A stretch of 64,000 bases of DNA. Origin: Patescibacteria group bacterium (GTDB lineage Bacteria; Patescibacteriota; Patescibacteriia; Patescibacteriales; UBA12465). The stretch lies in NCBI GenBank assembly GCA_041664445.1, contig JBAYKT010000007.1, forward strand, positions 4,360-68,359, written 5' to 3'. This document shows, in pieces, positions 1-8,551 of the stretch. The notes beneath the pieces are model-generated. The model did no database searches. It saw only the letters and a list, made by a program, of their open reading frames with translations, and was not told the DNA's origin. The position numbers and the translations under genes are program-made. How positions within the stretch are numbered: position 1 is the stretch's first letter; each line of letters starts with the position of its first letter.

Positions 1-2
1 AT

Positions 3-1181
3 ACGGATCTGTTGTTTAAAAATAGTTCCGGCACAACCATGAGTACTAATATGATAATTAAGGCGAACGGCAACGTCGGCATTGGTTCAGTCGCACCCAA
101 CCAAAAATTACACATCTTAGACAAAGTATCCAGCTATGCGACAATAAATATTGAAGGCAAAACTGATACCGCCGATGCCGGAGCAGCAATTCTGTTTAAT
201 GAAGGAAACAGCACCTCTGGGCAATGGGACGGCGGTCTTTATGGATTTAAAGCCGCCTATGATGGTGGTAATAATTATTTATATTTTGAAGGCTTTGCGA
301 ATGGAACCAGTCAAGGAAAACATTTAAATATCTTACGTACCGGTAATGTCGGTATCGGAACCACCGCTCCTAACGCAAAGTTATATGTCTCCGGTCAAAA
401 CGTTTCTTTTTTATCTGCCACCAGCTCTAACACGATGCTAATGGGCCGAAGCGCGTCAGAACATCTCTCCGTTTATGTTGAAGACACGGGTGTTCTTTTA
501 GAATCAGTTCAAGATGAGAATACTGCCGGATTTGGTAATATGATTTTTAGGACTGATAATGATGGAACGGCAGATGGTTATTTTGCTTTTCAAAACAAGG
601 CGGCTACTAATTTTATGAGAATAACCGCCACCGGCAGCGTCGCTATTGGCACCACTGCTCCAGTTTCCAGATTATCTGTGGTCACTTCTACCTTTCTGGA
701 TAATGCGCACGCAATTTCCTTTGGGGATAATTTAAACTATTACTACGGAATTGGCATTGCTGGAGGCTCCGGGACAGAAGGAGTCGGTATCTGGGGTGGC
801 TCGGAAGGCTCTGACAAATCCTTAACTAATCCCAATTTCTTTGTCAAAAGAGGTGGTAATGTTGGCATCGGCCTAACCGCTCCCGCGGCTAAATTAGATG
901 TCGCCGGAACCGTAAAGTTAGGAACTGCCGGCGGCGCTTTTACAGACATGGGAACTTGTACAATCGCTTCTACCGCCATCAGTACGACTAAAACAGCATA
1001 TACTTGCACCGGCGTTCCCGCCTCAACCGCGGTAGCGGTAAACTGTAGTGGCTCGACTACCCAAAGCGGTAGTGGAACAGTATATTGCCGTGCTACTGGA
1101 AATATCAACGAAGTTGCCTGCAACACCTCAGCCGCCAATACGACAGCAATGACCTGGACTTGCATGTGGATTCGACCATAA
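3..1181 (+). CDS. Surface/secreted repeat protein, N-terminus cut by window edge
   Basis: The frame is open back to position 3; the track start at 12 is only a TTG. Four copies of a G-N/S-V-G/A-I-G-x-x-A-P-x-x-K/R-L-x-V motif (e.g. GNVGIGTTAPNAKLYV). G/T/S/A-rich, with a Cys-rich last ~80 aa. Resembles tail-fibre-like repeat proteins, but no precise family assigned. Confidence 0.6.
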   Translation, partial: TDLLFKNSSGTTMSTNMIIKANGNVGIGSVAPNQKLHILDKVSSYATINIEGKTDTADAGAAILFNEGNSTSGQWDGGLYGFKAAYDGGNNYLYFEGFANGTSQGKHLNILRTGNVGIGTTAPNAKLYVSGQNVSFLSATSSNTMLMGRSASEHLSVYVEDTGVLLESVQDENTAGFGNMIFRTDNDGTADGYFAFQNKAATNFMRITATGSVAIGTTAPVSRLSVVTSTFLDNAHAISFGDNLNYYYGIGIAGGSGTEGVGIWGGSEGSDKSLTNPNFFVKRGGNVGIGLTAPAAKLDVAGTVKLGTAGGAFTDMGTCTIASTAISTTKTAYTCTGVPASTAVAVNCSGSTTQSGSGTVYCRATGNINEVACNTSAANTTAMTWTCMWIRP

Positions 1182-1198
1182 TCAATAATTATTAAAGT

Positions 1199-1558
1199 AT
1201 GGAAAGCAAACCTAAAAAAATGAGCAAAGTTCTAATTTTAATAATTGCCATTCTCTTACTCTTGATTCTTATGGCCGCCGCCTATTTGTTAACAATTAAT
1301 AATAAATCAACAAGTGAAAACGATATTCCCCAAACAAATACCGACGATTATCAGAATGCGGAGCCATTAACCACTGACATCCCAACTGCTAATAGCAACA
1401 TTACGACGACTGAAGCGGAACCACTTTCCGAATTAAGAACAACGGCCATCGCTACTAGCAGCTCTGAAACCATAAAACCGGAAGAGGCTAACGCCCCCGC
1501 GAATAATATTGAACAGCGCGACGATAGACTTAATAATAACCCGCGCCAGCATAACTAA
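1199..1558 (+). CDS. Small membrane-anchored protein, low-complexity T/N/E-rich ectodomain
   Basis: 119-aa ORF with one N-terminal TM helix (VLILIIAILLLLILMAAAYLL). Lies 18 nt after the preceding gene on the same strand. No recognisable domain. Confidence 0.5.
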   Translation: MESKPKKMSKVLILIIAILLLLILMAAAYLLTINNKSTSENDIPQTNTDDYQNAEPLTTDIPTANSNITTTEAEPLSELRTTAIATSSSETIKPEEANAPANNIEQRDDRLNNNPRQHN

Positions 1559-1606
1559 GGGTAAAACAAAATAATTAAATAAATCAAATATCTATAAAGT
1601 TATACT

Positions 1607-3043
1607 ATGCCTAACATCCAAGAAACCCCGAACTCTCAAGAAGAAGGGGTAATTAAAAAAACAAAAAGCGTCTTCCTGTCTCCCGTAAAATCAAAAGGGG
1701 TTCTGGCTTCGGTAGGGGTGGTTTTGATTTTCCTAATCGCCCTCATATTTGTGAACTACTTTTCACTCATGAAAACTCGCCAGGAACTACAAAATTATTC
1801 CGCTATTACTGCCAACCTAGAAAATGAACTAAAAACTATTTCTAAAAGATCGACCTTAGTTTCCAGCTGGCGTAGTTTTGGCGATAACTTTTCCTCCTAC
1901 GCCTATATATCCAAGGAAGAAACTGATATGTTTTTTGATGAAAGAGTAACTGCTTTTAATTTCCCGCCGGTTTATAATTTTGATTCTGTTTCCGGCTGTG
2001 AAGACTCTGCTTGCGGCCTAAAATCCTCTTCCCTTGTTGCAACCGATCAGGATGGCGGCCAACAAATAAGCAAAGTGCCTGCTGAATTAAAGGATAAAAA
2101 AATTATTTTTTCCCAGCTCAATAAATTGAATTCCCTGCAAGTAGCTTCCTTTATTGTAACTGACGGACCGGAAGAAAGGGCTTATGTTTATTTTTACGAC
2201 GGCAAAAAATTTACCCCGATTATTACTGAAAACACCGAAAACCAAATAATTACCAAATATAGCCGCGGTGGTGGCGCTATTGTCGCTGGCGGCGATGATA
2301 AAGATTTTATCATTCTCTATATCGGTTACGAAGGCTTGGGATTCCACTACAAAAATGGACAATTGAAAAATATTTCGGATTTCTTTGGTTTAAGAGTAGC
2401 TGATAATGGCTTCAAACCATATATAGTCAAGGAGGGTAAAGATAATAATGCCGTTTGGTATGTTTTAAGCCTAAACAGCAATAAACCAAAACTCATAAAA
2501 CTTTGGCAAAATAACACATCAGAAATAGTTGGCGCCGTTGATTTAAGCAATGTTTTTGATGCTAGCGAAGGATCTCTAGCCGCTTTCGCCCCCGGAGACA
2601 AGATGCAAGAAATTAAATTTATCTTTAAAAAAGACGGCAGCACTAATGTTAATGCCCCCGCGCAAATTTTAATTCCCGGCGCTTCATCACAGACAGAAGT
2701 GCAAATACCGGCTTCTTTGTCGCCTTATGAACTAAGATTATTCTCAGACAAGGGTTTTGATAACACCATTGACCGCTCCGTAGTATCGGTAAATCTCAAC
2801 GAGGCGCAAGGAAATGTTACTAAAGCTAAAATAAACGAAATTGGGGTAAATGGCGAAGCAAAATTATTTTTGTCCAATTCGGATAAAATATTTTTTGAAA
2901 CTAAAGAAAATGAGGAAATTGTCTTTACTCTGCATGGCCGTGATTTATTCTGGAGAGCTGATTTCCAAAAAGGTGACAGCAATCAATATTCGCCCTGGTT
3001 TGATAATATCAACTACTTAGACTATTACTTGCAGGTCGATTAA
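1607..3043 (+). CDS. Membrane-anchored hypothetical protein
   Basis: 478-aa ORF with an N-terminal TM helix (VLASVGVVLIFLIALIFVNYF) followed by a large, probably extracytoplasmic domain. No motif recognised. Confidence 0.6.
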   Translation: MPNIQETPNSQEEGVIKKTKSVFLSPVKSKGVLASVGVVLIFLIALIFVNYFSLMKTRQELQNYSAITANLENELKTISKRSTLVSSWRSFGDNFSSYAYISKEETDMFFDERVTAFNFPPVYNFDSVSGCEDSACGLKSSSLVATDQDGGQQISKVPAELKDKKIIFSQLNKLNSLQVASFIVTDGPEERAYVYFYDGKKFTPIITENTENQIITKYSRGGGAIVAGGDDKDFIILYIGYEGLGFHYKNGQLKNISDFFGLRVADNGFKPYIVKEGKDNNAVWYVLSLNSNKPKLIKLWQNNTSEIVGAVDLSNVFDASEGSLAAFAPGDKMQEIKFIFKKDGSTNVNAPAQILIPGASSQTEVQIPASLSPYELRLFSDKGFDNTIDRSVVSVNLNEAQGNVTKAKINEIGVNGEAKLFLSNSDKIFFETKENEEIVFTLHGRDLFWRADFQKGDSNQYSPWFDNINYLDYYLQVD

Positions 3044-3044
3044 A

Positions 3045-4268
3045 TTAATTATTACCCGCGATAAACCCGGTACTCCAAGCGACCTGAAGATTAAAGCCGC
3101 CAGTCGGACCGGCAATATCCAACACTTCCCCGGCTAAATACAAATTGGAAATTATTTTAGAACCCATAGTTTTAACATCGATCTCTTTCAAATTCAGACC
3201 GCCGACAGTAATCATCGCCCTGTCATAACCAGAAAAATTAATAATTGTTAGTTTAAAATCCTTGATGTTCTCAAGGATTTTTTTTCGATCGCTCCTAGTA
3301 ATTGTCTTGGCTTTTATATTTTCATCAATATCGGAAATCTTTAATAAAAAAACCGCTAAGCGGGCGGGAATAATTTCTTCCAAACTATTTTTAACAAATT
3401 TATTATCTTTAGAAAAAAGGGTAATCAATAATTTATCCAAATCTTCTAAAGCAATCTCCGGCTGAAAATCTAGGCGCAAGGCAAAATTTTGATATTGGTT
3501 AAAATCTAAAAAGCGGCTAATATTTAAAGCTGCCGGGCCGCTAAGACCGGAAGCAGTAAAGATTATTGGACCCTGCTCCGCCGCTATTTCTTTCTGAACG
3601 CCAACCAATTTAAGTCTGACATCGCTTAAACTTAGGCCCTCTAGCTCTTTAATACTCTGATTATTAACCAAAATTGGGGCTAAGCCGGGATATAAAGGGG
3701 TTACTGAGTGACCAAGCTGTTTGAGCCACCGATAAGCATCCCCGCTCGAGCCAGTGGCCGGATAAGACTTGCCACCAGTAGCAATTAAGAAACGAGCGGC
3801 GCTTATTTCTTCCCCGCTATGCAAAATAATTTTCTCAATTAAATTATTCTGAACAATAAAATCTTTAACTTCGCACTCGGTTCTAATCGTTCCGCCGGCG
3901 GCCGTTATTCCATTTACAAAAACTGCTAATATATCGGTAGCTGAATTACTCTCGGGAAAAACCTTATTATCAGCTTCGGTTTTTAAACGAATACCTCGGC
4001 TGGCAAAAAAATCCATTATTTCTGAAACTCCAAAACGGCTTAATATTGGGATTAAAAAATTAGCAGCCGGGCCATAACTTTTAGCAAGCACACGATAATC
4101 AGGGATATCATTAGTTAGGTTACAGCGCCCACCACCGCTAATTAGTAATTTAACCCCTAAACGCTTGTTTTTCTCCAAAAGTAATACCTGGCTCCCCTTT
4201 TCAGCCGCCTGTAAAGCAGCCATAAGCCCTGACGGACCGCCACCAATGATTACTAAATCATATTTCAT
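3045..4268 (-). CDS. NAD(P)/FAD-dependent oxidoreductase, HI0933/BaiN-like flavoprotein
   Basis: N-terminal dinucleotide fold MKYDLVIIGGGPSGLMAA, the family motif ISGGGRCNLTN, and a C-terminal GEVLDIAGPTGGFNLQVAWSTG. Confidence 0.85.
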   Translation of the reverse strand: MKYDLVIIGGGPSGLMAALQAAEKGSQVLLLEKNKRLGVKLLISGGGRCNLTNDIPDYRVLAKSYGPAANFLIPILSRFGVSEIMDFFASRGIRLKTEADNKVFPESNSATDILAVFVNGITAAGGTIRTECEVKDFIVQNNLIEKIILHSGEEISAARFLIATGGKSYPATGSSGDAYRWLKQLGHSVTPLYPGLAPILVNNQSIKELEGLSLSDVRLKLVGVQKEIAAEQGPIIFTASGLSGPAALNISRFLDFNQYQNFALRLDFQPEIALEDLDKLLITLFSKDNKFVKNSLEEIIPARLAVFLLKISDIDENIKAKTITRSDRKKILENIKDFKLTIINFSGYDRAMITVGGLNLKEIDVKTMGSKIISNLYLAGEVLDIAGPTGGFNLQVAWSTGFIAGNN

Positions 4269-4288
4269 ATTTATCTAAACAAGCGCTT

Positions 4289-5584
4289 TTAATAAGCAAG
4301 TTTCTTTAAGCTTTCCAAGTCTTTTTTTATGGCTTCAACCAGTAATTCCGGATTCGCAAACTTTTCTAGTTCCCGTATTTTGCCCAAGACTTCAACTTGA
4401 AGAATTTCACCGTAAATATCATTTGCAAAATCAACAATTAAAATCTCTAGTGAAACTTCTTCTTTAAAAACATCTTTAAAGCCAAAATGCATCAAACCGG
4501 AATATGATTTATTATCAAAAATTATCTTCACGGCATAAACGCCATGAACAATATCCAAATCGGTTTTATCCAAATTGGCCGTCGGATATCCCAATAGCTT
4601 TCCTCTCCCCTGGCCATGAATTACTTTAGCGGAAAAAATTGTTTTTTTAGTCCGACCTAAAACAGAAATTTTATAAAAAGCGAATAATAAAACCGCGAGC
4701 GCTGTCAGCTGCATCCAGTTTAAATAGTTATGATTAAAAACATAATCTAAAACTAAAGCGGAAAAGGGCCAAAATAATTCCAAAATGGTTGCCGCAGAAG
4801 CCGGAACGCGCCGCAAACCGAAATAATAAATAAACATGGAACCAGCACCGCTCGTTAAAACAATTAAGCCTAATAAGCTCCACTGCTTAACGCTCACCAG
4901 CGATAAGGAGCCAAAAGAACCACTAACTAAAACTAGGACAATTGCCAAAATTGAAGTTAAGCCAAAACGCAGAGCGGCGACCGCCTTGTAGTCAAGATGA
5001 TTAGAAATCCGCTTGCCAAAAACTGTGGACGAACCAAAAGCAAAGGCGGCAATAAACGCGAATAAGGCACCATTATGCAGCCAGTTTATTTCCCAAAAGT
5101 CAGCCCCCAAATTGGCAAAAGCAATAAAATAAGAAGCGGCAATGGCAGCCATCGCCCAGCCATAGAATTTTTTGGGAAGTTTCTCGCCCAAAATTAAACG
5201 CGCTAGCAATAGAGCAAAGATTGGTTGTAATTTTTGCAAGATGACGACGGTGGCAAAACTAACTTCCCCGTCCATTGCCGCAAAAAAAGCTTTAGTAATA
5301 AAAACCGTCCCAATTAAACCACCGAATAAACTAACCCAGCCAAGAGCTAGCCAACTTTTGCGGCTCAAAGTTTTTATCTTTGGCCAAAAAATAAAAACAA
5401 AAGGCGAAAGCACTATAAATCCTAAAAGATGCTCCAACATAACTACTAGTTCGGCCGGTAAAACGTAAAATTGCGGTCTAATAAATAAGCCGTCAATACT
5501 CCAAAACAAAGCAGCGAGCATAATCGCCAAAGAACCAGCTATTTGCCCAGGCCTAAACCTTAACTTTAAATTATTTACAGACAT
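4289..5584 (-). CDS. Fusion protein: EamA/DMT-type transporter (about 10 TM helices) + C-terminal riboflavin kinase domain
   Basis: The first ~300 aa are polytopic and hydrophobic with a two-EamA-repeat look. The last ~125 aa carry riboflavin kinase signatures (VIHGQGRGKLLGYPTANL, HGVYAV, LEILIVDFANDIYGE, KIRELEKFANPELL). No FMN adenylyltransferase domain is present. Confidence 0.8.
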   Translation of the reverse strand: MSVNNLKLRFRPGQIAGSLAIMLAALFWSIDGLFIRPQFYVLPAELVVMLEHLLGFIVLSPFVFIFWPKIKTLSRKSWLALGWVSLFGGLIGTVFITKAFFAAMDGEVSFATVVILQKLQPIFALLLARLILGEKLPKKFYGWAMAAIAASYFIAFANLGADFWEINWLHNGALFAFIAAFAFGSSTVFGKRISNHLDYKAVAALRFGLTSILAIVLVLVSGSFGSLSLVSVKQWSLLGLIVLTSGAGSMFIYYFGLRRVPASAATILELFWPFSALVLDYVFNHNYLNWMQLTALAVLLFAFYKISVLGRTKKTIFSAKVIHGQGRGKLLGYPTANLDKTDLDIVHGVYAVKIIFDNKSYSGLMHFGFKDVFKEEVSLEILIVDFANDIYGEILQVEVLGKIRELEKFANPELLVEAIKKDLESLKKLAY

Positions 5585-5588
5585 GTGT

Positions 5589-5882
5589 TTAACTGTTACT
5601 TATTAAGTATAGATATATTAACCAAGCGGTGGCTAAATTTTGCAAAAATAATAACGGGATGCCAACTAAAAAATACCATTTTCGGGTTTTATGACGAAAG
5701 ACGAACATTCCCAGATAAACCCCCAAACTGCCAAAAGCGGTCGCTAAAAAGAATAACAGACCTTCGGAAATTCGGGAAGAGCCGGGATTAGCAGATTTTA
5801 ATTTGTCTAAAAACATCAAGAAAAAGGCGATTAAATTAAGCGCCAGCAAAAAGGCTAAGATTAGAAGCAAAGTATTGTTCAT
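5589..5882 (-). CDS. DUF1294-family small membrane protein
   Basis: 97 aa with 3 TM helices. Family motifs FLDKLKS...RISEGLL and FRHKTRKWYF. Confidence 0.75.
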   Translation of the reverse strand: MNNTLLLILAFLLALNLIAFFLMFLDKLKSANPGSSRISEGLLFFLATAFGSLGVYLGMFVFRHKTRKWYFLVGIPLLFLQNLATAWLIYLYLISNS

Positions 5883-5923
5883 TTTTTTAATATTGCCTTA
5901 TAATTATAGCATAATTACCATAT

Positions 5924-7702
5924 ATGCCCATCCTCCTGCAAGTGAACAACTTAAGTAAGGAATATAGCGGTCAAAAAATATTTTCCGGCCTGTCTTTTGC
6001 CGTCTCGGAAAAACAGAAAATCGGTGTTATCGGCCGCAATGGCGCCGGCAAATCAACGCTATTCAAAATAATTAGCGGCGAAGAACAGGCGGATAATGGC
6101 GAAACCATTGTTCATGAAGAGGCCAGTATTGGCTATTTGAAGCAAAATCCTGATTGGCTAGATACAGAAAGTGCTTTAGATTATCTGATTAGACAAAGTG
6201 GCCGACCGGAATGGCGAGCGCGCCAGTTAGCCAGTAAATTTGAGCTAGATGCCGATAAACTAGCACAAGCCGCTAGTGGGCTCTCCGGAGGCTGGCGCAT
6301 GCGTCTACGTTTAACAGCTATGCTTCTTAAAGAACCGAACCTCTTCTTATTGGATGAGCCTAGCAACTATTTAGATTTAAACACGCTCATTCTTTTGGAA
6401 GATTATTTAAACTCTTATCGCGGCAGTTTTTTAATAATTTCCCATGACCGTGAATTCTTAAAACGAACTTGTAAGGAAACCATTGAAATTTCTAAAACTG
6501 GCTGTTATCACTACCCCGGTAATATTGAGGCTTATCTAGCGTTTAAAGAACAGAAGCTAAGCACTCTTATCAAAGCTAACGAAAGCTTAGAAAGGCAACA
6601 ACAACATTGGCAAGAATTTGTTGATCGCTTTCGCTACAAAGCGTCTAAAGCTAAGCAGGCACAAGCCGTAATCCGCAAAATCACTAAGCTGGAAGCTAAG
6701 CGCATAACCATTGAGCATGAGGCTGGCATTACTCGCATTATTATCCCGCCAATCGCGCGTAAAAATAATTTTGCCTTAAAAATAAACGAGCTCAGTATTG
6801 GTTACGGTAATCAGCGTGTGGTTACGAATATTGATTTCGACTGCCGTTCCGGAGAAAAATTAGCGATTTTGGGCCTCAACGGCAGCGGCAAAACCACTTT
6901 AATAAAAACCCTGACCGGAAAATTAAACCCTTTGGCCGGTTCTTTCCGTTTGGCCGCTAATAGCCGCTTAGCTTATCATGGCGAAGAAGAAATAAGTCAC
7001 ATGAACGGCCAAGAACAAGCCGGTGATTTTTTGCGGCGAATTGCGTCCGGCGATTTAAAGACTGAAGCGGTTCTAAAAATGGCTGGTGATTTTTTATTTT
7101 TCGAAGAAGACTTAAAAAAACCGATTTCTGTTCTTTCCGGCGGTGAACGTTCGCGCTTATTGCTCGCCGGACTGCTCTTGTCTAAACCGGATATTCTAAT
7201 TTTAGACGAACCGACTTGCCATCTGGATTTTGAAACTACCGAAGCGCTAGCCGGTGGCTTACATAAATTTAACGGCACCGTGCTCTTCGCTAGTCATGAT
7301 CGGACTTTTGCCAGCCTCATTGCCACCGGGATTGTAGAAATAAAAAATGGTCTGGCAAAAAGAAAGCATGAAGATTATGAAGATTACGTTATTGCCTTAG
7401 AAAAAGAGTTAGCCCAGAAACGTGTTCTGGAAAAAACTGCAGCACCGGAAATAAAGGCCGAACTGAAATCCGACGATAGAAAAAAGTATCTAGAAAATAG
7501 AGCTCGCCAAAAAGAAATCCAAGCTTTAGAAAAAGACTTAAGCAAAATGCAAGCTTATAAAAATGAGTTATTGGAATATTTTTTGGAACACTATGAAAAC
7601 TACCGGCCAGAAAAAGTAGCGGAACTAGAAGAACTTAAACGCCGCATCGCCGATAAAGAAGACTTGTGGCTAATGCTGAGCGAAGAAAATAAAGAAAACT
7701 AA
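5924..7702 (+). CDS. ABC-F family ATPase (two ABC domains, no TM domain)
   Basis: Two Walker A motifs (GRNGAGKST, GLNGSGKTT), two signature motifs (LSGGWRMRL, LSGGERSRL) and two Walker B motifs (LLDEPSNYLD, ILDEPTCHLD). Charged coiled-coil C-terminal tail. Confidence 0.9.
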   Translation: MPILLQVNNLSKEYSGQKIFSGLSFAVSEKQKIGVIGRNGAGKSTLFKIISGEEQADNGETIVHEEASIGYLKQNPDWLDTESALDYLIRQSGRPEWRARQLASKFELDADKLAQAASGLSGGWRMRLRLTAMLLKEPNLFLLDEPSNYLDLNTLILLEDYLNSYRGSFLIISHDREFLKRTCKETIEISKTGCYHYPGNIEAYLAFKEQKLSTLIKANESLERQQQHWQEFVDRFRYKASKAKQAQAVIRKITKLEAKRITIEHEAGITRIIIPPIARKNNFALKINELSIGYGNQRVVTNIDFDCRSGEKLAILGLNGSGKTTLIKTLTGKLNPLAGSFRLAANSRLAYHGEEEISHMNGQEQAGDFLRRIASGDLKTEAVLKMAGDFLFFEEDLKKPISVLSGGERSRLLLAGLLLSKPDILILDEPTCHLDFETTEALAGGLHKFNGTVLFASHDRTFASLIATGIVEIKNGLAKRKHEDYEDYVIALEKELAQKRVLEKTAAPEIKAELKSDDRKKYLENRARQKEIQALEKDLSKMQAYKNELLEYFLEHYENYRPEKVAELEELKRRIADKEDLWLMLSEENKEN

Positions 7703-7703
7703 A

Positions 7704-7728
7704 AGACTGGGCCAAACCCAGTCTTTTA
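7704..7728 (+). terminator. Rho-independent terminator after the ABC-F gene
   Basis: Stem AGACTGGG (7704-7711) pairs with CCCAGTCT (7717-7724), loop CCAAA, followed by TTTT. Confidence 0.7.
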
Positions 7729-7735
7729 ATATATG

Positions 7736-7806
7736 CACGGGATGAGGGAATCGAACCCCCGTCTGCTCTTTTGGAGAGAGATATGTTGCCACTACACCAA
7801 TCCCGC
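7736..7806 (-). tRNA. tRNA-Trp (anticodon CCA)
   Basis: The reverse complement folds by hand as GCGGGAT-TG-GTGT/ACAT D arm, anticodon arm TCTCT-CTCCAAA-AGAGC (U33, CCA, A37), T arm GGGGG-TTCGATT-CCCTC, acceptor ATCCCGT. 3' CCA is not encoded. Confidence 0.85.
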
Positions 7807-7866
7807 AAAAATACTCCGAACCGGAGTATTTGTATTATAACAATTTAAATACTCTTGTCTACTTTT

Positions 7867-8007
7867 TTACTCTTCCCCGTCAAAGCCCTCTTTCTTAATC
7901 CGCATCTCTTCATCGCAGCAAACTAATTTGCCGCCGCCGTCTTTGGTAAATTTGACTTCGTTGCCGCAGATGCGGCAAAAATAAACTCTGTCTACTCGGC
8001 TGCTCAT
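7867..8007 (-). CDS. Desulforedoxin-type small iron protein (46 aa)
   Basis: MSSRVDRVYFCRICGNEVKFTKDGGGKLVCCDEEMRIKKEGFDGEE matches the desulforedoxin / Dfx N-domain pattern C-x2-C-G...GGG-x-LVCC-x-E-x-M. ATG at 8007-8005. The 99-aa track ORF is an artefactual upstream extension that overlaps the rubrerythrin gene. Confidence 0.75.
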   Translation of the reverse strand: MSSRVDRVYFCRICGNEVKFTKDGGGKLVCCDEEMRIKKEGFDGEE

Positions 8008-8014
8008 ATATTTA

Positions 8015-8542
8015 TTAGTAAGTTTCCTCAAAGACCTCAAAATGCGCTTGCGGATGCAAACAAGCTGGGCAAACTTCTGGAGCCTCTTCGCCTTCATGAA
8101 TAAAGCCGCAATTAGCACATTTCCAACGCTTAACAGTTTTCTTTTTAAAGACTTCCCCGTTTTCAATATTTTCTAATAACTTACGATAGCGAGTTTCATG
8201 CGCTTTCTCCGCCTTGGCAACATTATCAAATAATTTAGCAATCGCTTCATGTCCTTCTTCGCGCGCTTCCGCAGCCATGCGTGGATACATTTCCGAATTT
8301 TCATAGAGTTCACCTTCAATCGCCGCTTTTAAGTCGGCTGGCAAATCACCAATCAGCTCCAGTTGTTTAGCCCAAAGCTTGGCATGTTCTTTTTCATTTA
8401 ACGCCGTTTCTTCAAAAATATTGGCAATCTGCATATAACCGGCCTTGCGGGCGATAGAGGCAAAATAATCATATTTATTGCGCGCCATTGATTCACCAGC
8501 AAAAGCGTCTTCCAAATTTTTTTTAGTCTTTGGTCCTAACAT
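8015..8542 (-). CDS. rbr: Rubrerythrin
   Basis: N-terminal diiron four-helix-bundle motifs (E..H pairs: LNEKEHAKLW, KAEKAHETRY). C-terminal rubredoxin-like CANCG...CPAC. Confidence 0.9.
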   Translation of the reverse strand: MLGPKTKKNLEDAFAGESMARNKYDYFASIARKAGYMQIANIFEETALNEKEHAKLWAKQLELIGDLPADLKAAIEGELYENSEMYPRMAAEAREEGHEAIAKLFDNVAKAEKAHETRYRKLLENIENGEVFKKKTVKRWKCANCGFIHEGEEAPEVCPACLHPQAHFEVFEETY

Positions 8543-8551
8543 ATTTTTTAT

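Noticed and set aside
743-1165. 140-aa minus-strand ORF overlapping the first repeat-protein gene
   Set aside because: It is antisense to a frame with a clear repeated motif. The Val/Pro/Ala-rich translation mirrors the G/T/A-rich sense codons.
7867-8166. The full 99-aa version of the ORF downstream of rubrerythrin
   Set aside because: Its upstream 53 codons overlap the rubrerythrin C-terminus in another frame. Only the distal 46 codons, from the ATG at 8007, match a known fold (desulforedoxin).
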